From Octopus vulgaris (taxonomy: Eukaryota), in the NCBI GenBank assembly GCA_951406725.2, contig OX597833.1:15438001-15502000 (forward strand): 64,000 nt of DNA, given 5' to 3'. Below are positions 63,388 through 64,000 of this stretch, one piece after another. Position 1 is the stretch's first letter; every line of letters begins with the position of its first letter. The notes under the pieces were generated by a model that was given only the letters and a program-made list of their open reading frames with translations, was not told the DNA's origin and did no database searches. Position numbers and translations under genes: made by a program.

Positions 63388-63843
63388 ACTCTCTCTTTAC
63401 TCTTTTACTTGTATCAGTCATTTGACTGCGGCCATGCTGGAGCACCGCCTTTAGTCGAGCAACTCGACCCCGGGACTTATTCTTTTGTAAGCCCAGTACT
63501 TATTCTATCGGTCTGTTTTGCCGAACCGCTAAGTTACGGGGACGTAAACACGCCAGCATCGGTTGTCAAGCAATGCTAGGGGGACAAACACAGACACACC
63601 AACACATACGCACACACACACACACACACAGACACACACACACACAAATATATATATATATATATATACATACATATATACGACAGGCTTCTTTCAGTTT
63701 CCGTCTACCAAATCCACTCACAAGGCATTGGTCGGCCCGGGGCTATAGCAGAAGACACTTGCTCAAGATGCCACTCAGTGGGACTGAGCCGGGAACCATG
63801 TGGTGTGTAAGCAAGCTACTTACCACACAGCCACTCCTGCGCC
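63388..63843 (-). mobile_element. SINE family A, full length
   Basis: Homologous to 3324-3753. Confidence 0.85.
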
Positions 63844-63879
<36 letters not shown>

Positions 63880-64000
63880 AACAAAAACAAACACGCGCAC
63901 GCAAGAGTATATATTCATAGTGATGCCCTCCTATTTTCTTTCTCTTCATCTACCGGCATTCGTTGCTCGCTCTTCTGCATGCACCGTCTCCCTCTTCACA

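Overview
AT-rich eukaryotic intergenic or intronic DNA with no host gene that I can support. The repeat content (dense (TA)n/(CA)n microsatellites and several tRNA-derived SINE families) looks like an octopus or other cephalopod genome, which is an inference. The window holds a full-length but disrupted Helitron (12229-18899, minus) and a 398-bp non-autonomous Helitron with the identical 3' hairpin. It also holds a ~4.7-kb head-to-head palindrome of a Penelope-like retroelement (RT + GIY-YIG) and a Merlin (IS1595-like) transposon with very long TIRs and an 8-bp TSD, plus three GG-ended MITEs with 8-bp TSDs. Relics of R4/Dong, L1/Tx1, mariner and Gypsy/Ginger integrase are present, along with dozens of SINEs. 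The most interesting signal is non-coding: a set of type I hammerhead ribozyme motifs next to (TA)n tracts. These are a near-canonical GUC hammerhead in a ~349-nt tandem unit (candidate retrozyme/circRNA, 42338-42817), a U3-A8 core variant in both Penelope arms, and further variants at 11.1, 35.4 and 42.1 kb. Several of them sit in the same diverging 'inverted 3' end' layout. Most ORFs in the supplied track are microsatellite or SINE artefacts. Coordinates were read by eye, and SINE and relic boundaries are approximate.
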